The translations under genes and the position numbers were made by a program. This document shows, in pieces, positions 29,602-39,554 of a stretch of 64,000 nt of DNA; position 1 is the stretch's first letter, and every line of letters starts with the position of its first letter. Below the pieces are notes generated by a model. The model saw nothing but the letters and a program-made list of their open reading frames with translations. It had not been told where the DNA came from and searched no databases. The DNA is from an uncultured Methylomirabilota bacterium (GTDB lineage: Bacteria > Methylomirabilota > Methylomirabilia > Methylomirabilales > 2-02-FULL-66-22): assembly GCA_963845565.1 (NCBI GenBank), contig CAWJSJ010000002.1, positions 1,152,001-1,216,000 on the forward strand. The letters are read 5' to 3'.

Positions 29602-30606
29602 TTAGCTGCCTGTCCAACCGAGCCGGTAGATGGTGTTGGTGCTGGCGATGACCATCCGACCCCGAGGATCGAAGGCGAGTCCGACGAGGTTCTCTCCGGC
29701 GACGGCCAGGGAGGCGGAGCCGTCTCGGGCGATGCGAAAGATTCCGCGCTCTCCGCCGTGAATCGCGACGACGAACAGATTGCCGTCGCGGTCAAAAGCC
29801 AGGCCCTGCGGTCGGGCCAAATGCTCAAAGTAGCGCGCGACCGCCCCGGTCGGGCCGATCTGGAAGATGGGGTCGTCGTTGGACAGCGTCGGCGCAGTGA
29901 CGTACAGGTCGCCGTCCGGTCCGAAGGCCAAGTGGTAGGCCGCCACGCTGGCCGGCAGCTTGGCGAAACGACGGACCGAGCCCTGCGGCTCCACAGCGTA
30001 AATCCCGCCCGCGCGGTCTCCGACAAAGAGGGTTCCGTGGGCGCTGAAGGCGATCCCCGTGGCGATTCCCAATCCGTCGGCGAATACCTCGGTCTGGCCT
30101 GGGCCGGTGAGCTTGCGAACGGTGCCGTCGTTCCGGCAGGAGATGAACAGTGTCCCCTCGGCGTCCAGGGCCAGCGCGGTGGGGTTCAGGAGGTCGCTGA
30201 TATACGGTTCGACGTCGCCGCCCGCCGAAATCCGAAATACCGACACCCCGGTGGGCGCGGCCTGGCCTCGGCTGCCACTGAAGGTCGTGATGACCCGCCC
30301 CTCGCCATCCACCACGGGGTTGGCGACGGGGTGGAGCTCGTCCGCCAGCTTCTCGGCCACCTCGAAGAACGGTCCCTGGAAGACACCGTCGGGCCAGGCG
30401 ACCCGGAGGAAGCCGGAGGCGGCGCCTTCCGGGATGGGAACGATCATCTTGCCGGGGGCCGCGATCAAGGGCCGACTCCCGGCGGTGTCGAATTGCGGAG
30501 CCACCTGGCCCAGATCCATGGTGCAAAGATCCTCGCCGAATATCGTGACGCGCCCGCCTTCGACGCCGGCCAGAGGGTGCACGCGGGAGATGCGGGGACT
30601 AGTCAC
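29602..30606 (-). CDS. beta-propeller (SMP-30/gluconolactonase-like) protein with N-terminal IPT/TIG-like domain
   Basis: Repeats P.GLAFD.DGNLFV; N-terminal ISRVHP....EGGRVTI.G. Confidence 0.8.
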   Translation of the reverse strand: MTSPRISRVHPLAGVEGGRVTIFGEDLCTMDLGQVAPQFDTAGSRPLIAAPGKMIVPIPEGAASGFLRVAWPDGVFQGPFFEVAEKLADELHPVANPVVDGEGRVITTFSGSRGQAAPTGVSVFRISAGGDVEPYISDLLNPTALALDAEGTLFISCRNDGTVRKLTGPGQTEVFADGLGIATGIAFSAHGTLFVGDRAGGIYAVEPQGSVRRFAKLPASVAAYHLAFGPDGDLYVTAPTLSNDDPIFQIGPTGAVARYFEHLARPQGLAFDRDGNLFVVAIHGGERGIFRIARDGSASLAVAGENLVGLAFDPRGRMVIASTNTIYRLGWTGS

Positions 30607-30700
30607 TGGGCGCTCCTGTCGAAAGTTACGGGTATTTGAGGGATCGGCCCCGGCGACGCCGAGGATCCCGCTGGACACGGGTGGCGCGTGGTCCCGGCAC

Positions 30701-31627
30701 TCACGGTCTGCGCCCTCGGCCGGCGCCGTCCAGGAGCGCTCGTAGCCGTGCGAGGTTTCGTCGGTCGGCGGTGACGAGGTCGTCCCCTTTGGGCGTCTCC
30801 AGGATCATGGGGACGGCGTGGAAGCGAGGGTCGTTCAGAAAGAACCCGAACGGCCTCAGTCCGATCTGCCCTTCCCCGATGTGTTCGTGCCGGTCGACCC
30901 GGCTACCCAGCCCCTGCCGGGAATCGTTGAGATGCACGGCCGCCACCCGGTCAATCCCGAGACAGGACTCCAGTTCCCGCATCATCCCCCGGTATCCGCG
31001 CACAGACCGCAGATCGTAGCCGGCGGCGAAGAGGTGGCAGGTGTCCAGGCAAAGGCCGATGCGCTCCGCGGCCACGACCTGCCCCACGATGGCCGCAAGC
31101 TGCTCGAATCGGTACCCCAGACTCGTCCCCTGGCCGGCGGTCGTTTCCAGGAGGACTCGGACGCGGTGACTCGGCCGGGCGTCGTGGAGGAGGTTCAACG
31201 CCTCGGCCACCCGCGCGATGCCGTCCGCTTCCCCCGCCCCGACATGGGAACCCGGGTGCGTGACCAGGTACGGGATGCCCAACCGTTCGGCTCGGTCCAG
31301 CTCCTCGCCGAAGGCCGCCACCGAACGTTTCCACAGGGCCGCGGCGGGTGCGGCCAGATTGAGTAGATAACAATCGTGGGCCACCACCGGCCCGATGCCT
31401 GCGGCGGATAGGTTCTTCCGAAACGTCTCGACCTCGCGGTCGGGAAGCGGCCGCGCGTGCCACTGGCGGTTGCTCTTGGTGAAGATCTGGATCGCCTCGC
31501 ATCCGACCTCCCGGCCCCGCAGGGGAGCCCGGTCCACACCCCCGGCAATCGACATGTGGGCGCCAAGGGGAGGGGTCCGTCGCGCCTGCTCAGCCCGCGG
31601 GATGTCAACGCCTTGCCGGGCAGTCAT
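30701..31627 (-). CDS. nfo: endonuclease IV
   Basis: LGAHMSIAGG, QIFTK, HPGSH, LETTAGQG, CLDTCH, HLNDS, DRHEHIG, ILETP. Confidence 0.95.
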   Translation of the reverse strand: MTARQGVDIPRAEQARRTPPLGAHMSIAGGVDRAPLRGREVGCEAIQIFTKSNRQWHARPLPDREVETFRKNLSAAGIGPVVAHDCYLLNLAAPAAALWKRSVAAFGEELDRAERLGIPYLVTHPGSHVGAGEADGIARVAEALNLLHDARPSHRVRVLLETTAGQGTSLGYRFEQLAAIVGQVVAAERIGLCLDTCHLFAAGYDLRSVRGYRGMMRELESCLGIDRVAAVHLNDSRQGLGSRVDRHEHIGEGQIGLRPFGFFLNDPRFHAVPMILETPKGDDLVTADRRNLARLRALLDGAGRGRRP

Positions 31628-31896
31628 GACGCCTCGCACGCACGAGGCGCGCCGAGACGCACCGCCGGGTACCGGTCGGCGAGCAGGCGACGAAAGCGAG
31701 GCAGGTAGATGAGGTCAAAAACCGACTCCTTTCCGGGAAACAGCCGCACGGCGGTGTGGCGAACGGCTTCCACCATCGCCTCTGCGTCGGCCAGGGGCAT
31801 GTCGGTCTGCGCAATCACACTGAAGGTCAGTTGCACCGCGGTGCGGAGTTCCCGCACACGCCGGTCCTCGTCGTCCAGCTCTTCAGGGGTCGCCAT
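31624..31896 (-). CDS. small hypothetical protein translationally coupled to nfo
   Basis: GGAGG RBS; LFPGKESVFDLIYLPRFRRL; ATGA overlap. Confidence 0.75.
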   Translation of the reverse strand: MATPEELDDEDRRVRELRTAVQLTFSVIAQTDMPLADAEAMVEAVRHTAVRLFPGKESVFDLIYLPRFRRLLADRYPAVRLGAPRACEAS

Positions 31897-31965
31897 GCAC
31901 CCTCCAGGAACGCCTCCGGACTATAACAGACCAAGGAGGGCTTTCCAAGAACGAGGGGAATCCGC

Positions 31966-31994
31966 TTGCGGCATCCCGTGAGGCTTCCTAGAAT
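31966..31994 (+). promoter_or_regulatory. putative sigma70 promoter
   Basis: TTGCGG-17 nt-TAGAAT. Confidence 0.5.
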
Positions 31995-32120
31995 GGAACA
32001 TAGCGGCGATCCGGGCAGGGGCGGGGTAGCGTTCCGCGACCGTCGCTATGCAGGGATGTAGCCTGTCGGCTTGTCCGAAACGCGGCCGGCGGTCCGGCAC
32101 AAGCCGGGGGAGAGAAGCCC

Positions 32121-32465
32121 ATGATGGACGCGCAGGGTGATGCCGAGATTCCCCTCGTGAGCAAGGACGAGGCCATCGCCGAAGTGCGGCGCTGGCTGGA
32201 GGTAGAGAAGATCGACCCGGAGCGGATCTTCACCGCGATGGGCGACCAGGTCGTCCGATACAAGGATCTGGTCGCCCATCTGGAGCGAGAGACGCCGGAC
32301 GGGCAACTGCTCCGCTTCGCCATCTCCCGGGGCCGCGTCATGGCGAGCGAGCGCCGCCAGGCGCAGCAGGCGTTATTCCAGATTGCTTCCGCGCCGACGA
32401 AACCGAGCGGTGGTGGGACGGCGCCGTCCCCCGTGGACCCCGAGGACCCCACAACCCCGGCGTGA
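32121..32465 (+). CDS. hypothetical protein
   Basis: ORF with RBS GGGGAG and protein-like composition. Confidence 0.7.
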   Translation: MMDAQGDAEIPLVSKDEAIAEVRRWLEVEKIDPERIFTAMGDQVVRYKDLVAHLERETPDGQLLRFAISRGRVMASERRQAQQALFQIASAPTKPSGGGTAPSPVDPEDPTTPA

Positions 32466-32497
32466 GGGCCGGCGGCGTGGCGGGCGGGAGAACGGCC

Positions 32498-33551
32498 ATG
32501 GCAACGACGCTGAAGGACGTGCTGGACCGGTTGACCGTGGAAGGGGAACTCTACGAACGGTTGCCCGACCACCGTGTCCGTTGCTACGCCTGCGGGCATC
32601 GCTGTCTCATTCCCGAGGGGCGGGACGGCGTGTGCAAGGTCCGGTTCAATCGAGGCGGGACGCTCTTCGTGCCCAGCGGGTACGTGGCGACCGCGCTGCA
32701 ACTCGATCCCGTCGAGAAGAAGCCGTTCTTCCACGCGCTGCCGGGCGCGGCGGCGCTGTCCTTCGGCATGCTGGGCTGCGACTACCATTGCGGCTACTGC
32801 CAGAACTGGATCACCTCCCAGGTCCTCCGCGATGGGGACGCCCTGACCCGCCCCGGCCGCGTCTCGCCGGAGGAGATCGTACGCTGCGCGGTTGAGCAGA
32901 ACGCCCCCATCATCACCAGCACCTACAACGAGCCGCTCATCACCAGCGAATGGGCGGTGGCGATCTTCAAACTGGCCAAGGCCAGGGGCCTCAAGACGGC
33001 GTACGTGAGCAACGGCAACGCCACGCCTGAAGTCGTGGCGTATCTCAAGCCGTGGCTGGATCTCTACAAAGTGGACCTCAAGGGATTCGACGATGCGCAC
33101 TATCGCAAGCTGGGAGGCACGCTGCAGACCGTCCTGGACACCATCCGGTTGCTCGTCGCGGAAGGATTCTGGGTCGAGGTGGTCACGTTGGTGGTGCCGG
33201 GTTGGAACGACACCGAGGAGGAACTCCGAGGGATCGCCCGGTTTCTGGCGGGCGTGAGCCCGGACATCCCGTGGCACGTGACCGCGTTCCATCCGGATTA
33301 CCGGATGGAGGATCGGGGGTGGACGCCGGCCGCGACGCTCACGCGCGCGGCCGCGATCGGGCGGTCCGAGGGGCTCCACTTCGTCTATGCGGGGAACGCG
33401 CCCGGACGGACCGGGTCGCTGGAGAGCACCTACTGCCCGACCTGCATGACCCTGCTGGTCGAACGGGTCGGGTTCCGGGTGCTCGCCAATCAGCTTGGTG
33501 GCCGGGGCTTGCCCCCGCTGCCACACCCGGATTCCGGGGGTCTGGTCTTAG
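32498..33551 (+). CDS. amrS: AmmeMemoRadiSam-system radical SAM enzyme, frameshift near 33495
   Basis: CYACGHRC, DPVEKKP.FH, GCDYHCGYCQNW, TYNEP, PWHVTAFHPDY; C-terminal CPRCHTRIPGVWS* in the shifted frame. Confidence 0.88.
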
Positions 33552-33704
33552 CAGGCTGCTGAAAAGGCCCATCTGCGGCGTTGGCTTGCTCGGGCGCTCG
33601 CTGCGGCGTACCAAAGTACGCCTCACTCGGCCCTACGCTCGCCGCCTTGCATCTGGACCGTTTTGAGCAGCCTGGGAGAAAGCGAGTTTTTCAGCCGCCT
33701 GCTA
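33549..33704 (+). mobile_element. ~155-bp TA-flanked palindromic MITE/REP-like element, copy A
   Basis: TAGCAGGCTGCTGAAAA ... TTTTCAGCCGCCTGCTA (16/17 inverted); homologous to 53334-53489. Confidence 0.8.
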
Positions 33705-33783
33705 AGGGGTTTTCGCGCCGCGGTTCGCGGAGCGGTGCGCCGTTGCGTGCGATGAGCGCGCCGGTGCGTTGCCCCGCACGCCG

Positions 33784-33999
33784 TCAAGGGGTCTGGTCTT
33801 CCGCGGGACCGGGTGTGGGTTCAGAGACCGGCGCATCGGGCAGGGGTACACCGGGGGGCGCCTCGCTCCAGTCGATCGGGGGGCCGCCGCCGCCGGGAGC
33901 CTTCTCGGCCCGCCGCTCCCGCTTTTCTTTCTGTCGCGCCTGGCGCGTCACTTCCTTCCGCCGTTTTTCGCTCTTGTGCTGCCGAGATTTCCCTGGCAC
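33784..33999 (-). CDS. small basic hypothetical protein
   Basis: GGAGG RBS, GTG; KSEKRRKE..RQ.RQKEKRERR, Pro-rich tail. Confidence 0.6.
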   Translation of the reverse strand: MPGKSRQHKSEKRRKEVTRQARQKEKRERRAEKAPGGGGPPIDWSEAPPGVPLPDAPVSEPTPGPAEDQTP

Positions 34000-34195
34000 G
34001 TGCCCTCCTGGGGGGTGGAGCCTCGTCCGCGCCCGATCGTCATGATGCCGGTGCGGGGTTTGGGCCAAAGATTTCACAGTCAGTGTATCGCAAGGATTGC
34101 ACGAACACCACTGAAACCGGGTCGGTGCAGCGATGAACAGAGCCTCACTCACGGGTCCGTCACGACCGGGCGGTCCTGGTGCGGCCCCGTACTCG

Positions 34196-35377
34196 CTACC
34201 CCGCGCGCACCTCCCGGGGCCGCCCGCACAGACGACTCCCTGCGGCAGCGAGGGCGAGCCCGACGGCCAGGACCACGTAGAGGCTGAGCAGGTCGCCGTG
34301 GGCAAGAATGAAGGTCGCCGTGACGGGCCCCAGCGCCATGCCCGCGAACCGGGCCGTGTTGATGACGCCGATGGTGCTGCCCCGGCTGCGACCCGCCACC
34401 TCGGCGAGAACGAGCGGGAAGACCCCGGCCGCGCATCCGGTCTGGGCCATCCGGATCATGGTGAAGGTCGTGACATCCGTGCCGAGCGCCAACAGGAGCT
34501 GACAGGCCGAGGCGCCGCCGGCGGCGAGCAGGATCAGGCGACCGGCGGGATAGCGGCCGGCCAGCCGGCTCCAGCCGTACGATCCGGCGGCCGAAGCCAA
34601 CCCGTACGCAAACACGATGACGCCCGCGGTGACGAGGCGCTGGGGCTCTGGAGTCCCGAAATCCCGCAGAATCGCCGGCAGGATGCTGGGGAGAAAGACG
34701 ATGTGCATGGTGGCGACGAGGGAGACTCCCCAGGCCGCCAGGACCTGCCGCCGGGGCACCGCATCGCCGCCCAGCGTTCGCGGGCGGGGCGGAATGCGCG
34801 TAAGGGCGAAATGCGAGAAGAGATAGATGCCGAAAAGGATGACCCCCGAGGCAAGGAACGCCCCGCGGAACCCCAACAGCTCCGCGCCCGCCGCCCCCAG
34901 GGGCGGACCGAAGATCTGCCCCAACGTCAGGACCGATTGATACGTTCCCAGGCGGCGGGGCAACTGTTCTTCCGAGGAGACCGCCGAGACGATGATGAGT
35001 CCGATGGTAGAGATTCCACCCAGGAATCCCTGGACGATCCGAATGGCGAGCAGGAATCGCACGTCGGTGGTGAACGCCATCAACACAACCAGGATCGCGT
35101 GGGAGATCAGGCCGCGCTCGAAGAGGGCCTTGGGGCTGTAGCGGTCAGAGAGCCCACCCCAGAACGCCGAGCCGAAGGTGGCGGTCGCCGAGGCGGCGCC
35201 CAGGATGAGCCCGGTCCAGCGCAGCGTGGCCGCCTCATCCATGGGGCTGACCGAGCGGATGTAGAAGGGCAGGAACACGAACATGAAATTGAGCGCGAAC
35301 GCGATGGAAAACTGCGCTGTACTGACGGCCAGGAAATCCCGGCCCCCTTCGCGCGCGCCGGCAGTGTTGCTGAACAT
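34196..35377 (-). CDS. MFS transporter (DHA1-like)
   Basis: Multiple TMs, WGGLSDRYS, RIVQGFLGG, GPPLG. Confidence 0.88.
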   Translation of the reverse strand: MFSNTAGAREGGRDFLAVSTAQFSIAFALNFMFVFLPFYIRSVSPMDEAATLRWTGLILGAASATATFGSAFWGGLSDRYSPKALFERGLISHAILVVLMAFTTDVRFLLAIRIVQGFLGGISTIGLIIVSAVSSEEQLPRRLGTYQSVLTLGQIFGPPLGAAGAELLGFRGAFLASGVILFGIYLFSHFALTRIPPRPRTLGGDAVPRRQVLAAWGVSLVATMHIVFLPSILPAILRDFGTPEPQRLVTAGVIVFAYGLASAAGSYGWSRLAGRYPAGRLILLAAGGASACQLLLALGTDVTTFTMIRMAQTGCAAGVFPLVLAEVAGRSRGSTIGVINTARFAGMALGPVTATFILAHGDLLSLYVVLAVGLALAAAGSRLCGRPREVRAG

Positions 35378-35587
35378 GGGCGCTCTTATACCACTCCGGC
35401 GCCGGCATGTATAGAGGTGGCGCGGCCGGCGGGGCAGCCCGTCGTACCTTCTCCAGGTTCGACTTGACACGGCTCCGGGGTGTGGGCGATGCTCCGGCAA
35501 CCGCAACGATCCCAGAGCGGGCCCAGAGCGGGGCGTCTGACCCCGCCCTCCCCGACGCGCGCCCGGCATTGTCGAGAGGAGCTATCC

Positions 35588-37147
35588 ATGCCGCACCGAA
35601 CCATCGAGGAGTTGATCGTACAGCTGGAGGAGAAGCAGCGGACGGTCTTGGCGGCCGGCGGCCCGGATCGCGTGCAGAAGCAGCATGAGGCGGGCAAGCT
35701 CACGGCGCGCGAGCGGCTGGACCGGCTGTTCGATCCGGGCTCATTCGTCGAGCTGGATATGTTCGTCGAACACCGCTGCACGACCTTCGACATGGCCAAA
35801 ACGACGGCGCCAGGGGACGGCGTGGTCACGGGCTTCGGACAGGTCAACGGCCGACTGGCCTACGCCTTTGCGCAGGACTTCACCGTGATCGGCGGTTCGC
35901 TGGGCGAGATGCACGCGGCGAAGATCTGCAAGCTGCAGGACCTGGCCATGAAGATGGGGGCCCCCATCATCGGGATCAACGATTCGGGCGGCGCCCGCAT
36001 CCAGGAGGGGGTGGATTCCCTCTACGGATATGGCTCGATCTTTTACCGGAACACGCTGGCCTCCGGGGTGATCCCCCAGATTTCCGTCCTGGTGGGACCG
36101 AGCGCGGGCGGCGCGGTGTATTCTCCGGCTCTCACTGACTTCGTGTTCATGGCGAAGGGGGCCGCCAAGATGTTCATCACCGGGCCGGACGTGATCAAGG
36201 CCGCCATCGGCGAGGAGATCTCCGCCGAGGAGCTGGGCGGCGCCATGACGCACAACCAGCTGTCGGGCAACGCTCACTTTGCGTGCGACACGGAGGAGGA
36301 GCTGTTCGAGACGCTGCGCGACCTGCTCTCCTTCCTCCCGCAAAACAACGTGGAGGACCCGCCGCGGACGGACACCGGCGACGATCCCCAGCGGACGGAC
36401 GACGGGCTGATCCCGCTGGTGCCCACCATCCCCACCAAGCCCTACGACATGCGGGATCTCATCGGCAAGGTGGTGGACCGGGGGGACTTCCTCGAGGTGC
36501 ACCGGCATTTCGCGCAGAACATCGTGGTCGGCTTTGCGCGGTTGAACGGCCAGCCCATCGGGATCGTGGCCAACCAGCCCCGCATCATGGCGGGCTGCCT
36601 GGACATCAACGCCTCGGACAAGGCGGCCCGCTTCGTCCGGTTCTGCGACGCATTCAACATCCCCCTGCTGACCGTGGTGGACGTGCCCGGCTACCTGCCG
36701 GGCTCGGCGCAGGAGTTCGGCGGGATCATCCGGCACGGGGCCAAGATGCTGTTCGCCTACTCGGAAGCGACGGTTCCCAAGGTGACGCTCATCGTCCGGA
36801 AGTCCTACGGCGGGGCCTATCTGGCCATGTGCGCCCGGCACCTGGGAGCCGACGTGGTGATCGCCTGGCCGCAGGCGGAGATCGCGGTGATGGGCCCCGA
36901 GGGGGCGGCGAACATCATCTTCCGCAAGGAGATCAAGGACGCTCCGGACCCGGCCGCCAAGCGGCAAGAGAAGATCGACGAGTATCGCCAGAACTTCGCC
37001 AACCCGTACCAGGCGGCCAGCCGTGGGTACGTGGACATGGTGATCAATCCCAAGGACACCCGGCCGACGCTGGTGAGCGCCTTTGAAATGGCGGCCACCA
37101 AGCGGGAGCAGCGGCCGCGGAAGAAGCACGGAAACATCCCCCTCTGA
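35588..37147 (+). CDS. mmdA: acyl-CoA carboxyltransferase (methylmalonyl-CoA decarboxylase alpha-like)
   Basis: GKLTARER, QDFTV.GGSLG, DSGGARIQEG, IRHGAK, AVMGPEGA, KKHGNIPL. Confidence 0.9.
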   Translation: MPHRTIEELIVQLEEKQRTVLAAGGPDRVQKQHEAGKLTARERLDRLFDPGSFVELDMFVEHRCTTFDMAKTTAPGDGVVTGFGQVNGRLAYAFAQDFTVIGGSLGEMHAAKICKLQDLAMKMGAPIIGINDSGGARIQEGVDSLYGYGSIFYRNTLASGVIPQISVLVGPSAGGAVYSPALTDFVFMAKGAAKMFITGPDVIKAAIGEEISAEELGGAMTHNQLSGNAHFACDTEEELFETLRDLLSFLPQNNVEDPPRTDTGDDPQRTDDGLIPLVPTIPTKPYDMRDLIGKVVDRGDFLEVHRHFAQNIVVGFARLNGQPIGIVANQPRIMAGCLDINASDKAARFVRFCDAFNIPLLTVVDVPGYLPGSAQEFGGIIRHGAKMLFAYSEATVPKVTLIVRKSYGGAYLAMCARHLGADVVIAWPQAEIAVMGPEGAANIIFRKEIKDAPDPAAKRQEKIDEYRQNFANPYQAASRGYVDMVINPKDTRPTLVSAFEMAATKREQRPRKKHGNIPL

Positions 37148-37177
37148 TTCGCCGACGTCTCCACGGAGGTGGCGAGC

Positions 37178-37546
37178 ATGCTGCAAGGATTCTCGGGTGG
37201 GGTCATCCTCAGCGTCGTGAACCAGACGATCGTGTTCCTGGTCCTCGGTGGGCTGGCACTCGCAATCGTCCTTGTCCAGAAATTGGTCCACCGATTCGAG
37301 TCGCGGGCCGCCGGGCCGGCCATCCGATCGGCGCCCACCCCGCCGCGTGGGCCCGCCCCTCGCCCCCCGGAGCGGAAGCCGCCTGTCGCCGCGCTGGTGG
37401 CGGCGGTGCACGCGTTTGCCGGGGCCGCACCGGGGACGTTGCGGCTCGTGGGCGTGACGCGGGTGGGCGCGGGAAGTCCATGGAAGGCAGCGGGCCGGAC
37501 GGAGGGCCTGGGGATGAACGTTTCGAACGGAGAGCGACTGGAATGA
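37178..37546 (+). CDS. decarboxylase membrane anchor subunit (OadG/MmdD-like)
   Basis: Single TM (IVFLVLGGL), Pro/Ala linker, VAALVAAV, SPWKAAGR. Confidence 0.75.
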   Translation: MLQGFSGGVILSVVNQTIVFLVLGGLALAIVLVQKLVHRFESRAAGPAIRSAPTPPRGPAPRPPERKPPVAALVAAVHAFAGAAPGTLRLVGVTRVGAGSPWKAAGRTEGLGMNVSNGERLE

Positions 37547-37565
37547 TCCGCGCCAGGAGGAGTGT

Positions 37566-37961
37566 ATGAAGACGTATCGCGTGACGGTGGAGGGGCAGAC
37601 CTACGAAGTGACGGTCGAAGAGGTCACCGCAGCGCCCACGTCGAGCGGCGGGGCGCGACCGACCCCGGCCGCGTCGCGGACCCCCGCGCCTGCGCCGCAG
37701 GCAGGGCCGCGGCCGGGGATCCCGCCTGTGCTCACGCTGGCCGCGGGGGAGCGCCCCGTCCCGGCGCCCATGCCCGGCAAGATCCTGGCCGTGAATGTGG
37801 TCCCGGGGGACACGGTGGCTGCGGGCGCCGTGCTGCTCATCCTGGAAGCCATGAAGATGGAAAACGACATCCTTGCGCCAGGGGACGGCAAGGTCAAGGC
37901 CGTGAAGGTGCAGAACGGGGATACGGTCAACACCGGAGACCTCATGATCGTCCTCGAGTAG
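37566..37961 (+). CDS. mmdC: biotin carboxyl carrier subunit
   Basis: MKTYRVTVEGQTYEV, APMPG, EAMKMENDI. Confidence 0.92.
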   Translation: MKTYRVTVEGQTYEVTVEEVTAAPTSSGGARPTPAASRTPAPAPQAGPRPGIPPVLTLAAGERPVPAPMPGKILAVNVVPGDTVAAGAVLLILEAMKMENDILAPGDGKVKAVKVQNGDTVNTGDLMIVLE

Positions 37962-37994
37962 GATGGTCCGGCGGTTTGCCAGGAGGCGTCGCGG

Positions 37995-39113
37995 ATGGAC
38001 GTGCTCGTAAAGACCCTGCAGATCTTCACCCAGAGCGGGTACGCAGCCATGACGTGGGGCAACATCCTCATGCTGCTGGTGGGCGGGACCTTGCTCTATC
38101 TCGCCATGGCGAAGGGGTTCGAGCCGCTGCTCCTGCTCCCGATCGCCTTCGGTTCGATCCTCGTCAACCTCCCGCTGTCCGGAATCATGGACGATCATGG
38201 GTTTCTTCGCATCCTCTATTTCGGCACCGAGCACGAGATGTTCCCGATCCTGATCTTCATGGGGGTGGGGGCCATGACGGATTTCGGGCCCCTGATCGCG
38301 AACCCCAGCACCATCCTGCTGGGAGCGGCGGCCCAGTTCGGCGTCTACGTGGCCATGCTCGGAGCGATCCTGCTGGGCTTTCCGATCACGGCGGCGTCCG
38401 CGATCGGGATCATCGGTGGGGCGGACGGGCCGACCTCGATCTACCTGGCCTCCAAGATGGCGCCGGAGTACCTCGGCGCGATTGCCGTCGCCTCGTATTC
38501 GTACATGTCGCTGGTGCCCTTGATTCAACCCCCGATCATCAAGCTGCTGACCAAGCCGGCGGATCGCCGGATCATCATGGGGCAAATGCGGCCGGTCTCC
38601 CGCGTCGAGAAGATCATCTTTCCCATCGCGACCACGCTGTTGGTGAGTCTCTTGCTTCCCCCGGTGACGGCCCTGCTCGGGGCGCTGATGTTCGGGAATC
38701 TGATGCGGGAGTCGCTGGTGGTGAATCGTCTGTCCGACACGGCGCAGAATGCGATGATCAACATCGTCACGATCTGCCTCGGCCTGACCGTCGGCGGGAC
38801 CATGGGGGCGGAGCAGTTTTTGCAGCCTACCACGCTCAAGATCATCTTCCTCGGCCTGGTGGCATTCGCCTTTGGAACGGCCGGGGGAGTCGTGCTGGGC
38901 AACATCATGTGTCGGCTGTCGGGAGGGAAGATCAATCCCATGATCGGCTCGGCCGGTGTGTCGGCGGTGCCCATGGCCGCCCGCGTGGTCCACGTCCTCG
39001 GGCAGAAGGAGAATCCGGCGAATTTCCTCCTGATGCACGCCATGGGGCCCAACGTGGCCGGGGTCATCGGCACCGCCGTCGCGGCCGGAGTGTTTCTGGC
39101 GCTGCTGCGGTAG
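37995..39113 (+). CDS. mmdB: Na+-translocating decarboxylase beta subunit
   Basis: [52 protein letters not shown]. Confidence 0.95.
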   Translation: MDVLVKTLQIFTQSGYAAMTWGNILMLLVGGTLLYLAMAKGFEPLLLLPIAFGSILVNLPLSGIMDDHGFLRILYFGTEHEMFPILIFMGVGAMTDFGPLIANPSTILLGAAAQFGVYVAMLGAILLGFPITAASAIGIIGGADGPTSIYLASKMAPEYLGAIAVASYSYMSLVPLIQPPIIKLLTKPADRRIIMGQMRPVSRVEKIIFPIATTLLVSLLLPPVTALLGALMFGNLMRESLVVNRLSDTAQNAMINIVTICLGLTVGGTMGAEQFLQPTTLKIIFLGLVAFAFGTAGGVVLGNIMCRLSGGKINPMIGSAGVSAVPMAARVVHVLGQKENPANFLLMHAMGPNVAGVIGTAVAAGVFLALLR

Positions 39114-39136
39114 TCATAGACGAGGGAGGGTGGACC

Positions 39137-39484
39137 ATGCCGTTTTTCCAGCTGCACGACATCCAAGAGGTTGAACTCTACAACGGCATTCGGATCCGCG
39201 CGGTCTACGGCGACAGCCTGTCCGTGTCTATTTTGGAGTTTCCCCCCTTCACGCGGATCCCGCCGCACCGGCACCCGAACGAGCAGATCGGGATCGTCGA
39301 GGAGGGGGAGATGGAGTACACCATCGGCGAACATACGATGGTCTGCCGCAAAGGCACGGCCTTCGTCATTCCGCCCAACACCACCCACTCGGCCACGGTG
39401 CTCTCGGATACACCGGCCCGCATCGTGGATGTCTTCACGCCGCCGCGCCGGATCACCGAGCAAGAGGGGTTGTGGCGGTCCTGA
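39137..39484 (+). CDS. cupin domain protein
   Basis: PPHRHPNEQIG, FVIPPNTTHS, DVFTPPR. Confidence 0.88.
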   Translation: MPFFQLHDIQEVELYNGIRIRAVYGDSLSVSILEFPPFTRIPPHRHPNEQIGIVEEGEMEYTIGEHTMVCRKGTAFVIPPNTTHSATVLSDTPARIVDVFTPPRRITEQEGLWRS

Positions 39485-39554
39485 CCCGCGCCGCTGCGGC
39501 GAGAGGTCTGAGGCCCTCCGGCGGGCCGCCCCGTCCCTGGCGGGAGGGCAGCGG

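Noticed and set aside
25662..29651. Very long antisense ORFs (1329 aa here; also 8082..10010, 14021..15826, 61578..63461 and others)
   Set aside because: Shadow ORFs of GC-rich genes on the opposite strand; no recognisable motifs.
33490..33510. Radical SAM C-terminal frameshift
   Set aside because: One extra base restores CPRCHTRIPGVWS; same error pattern as elsewhere.
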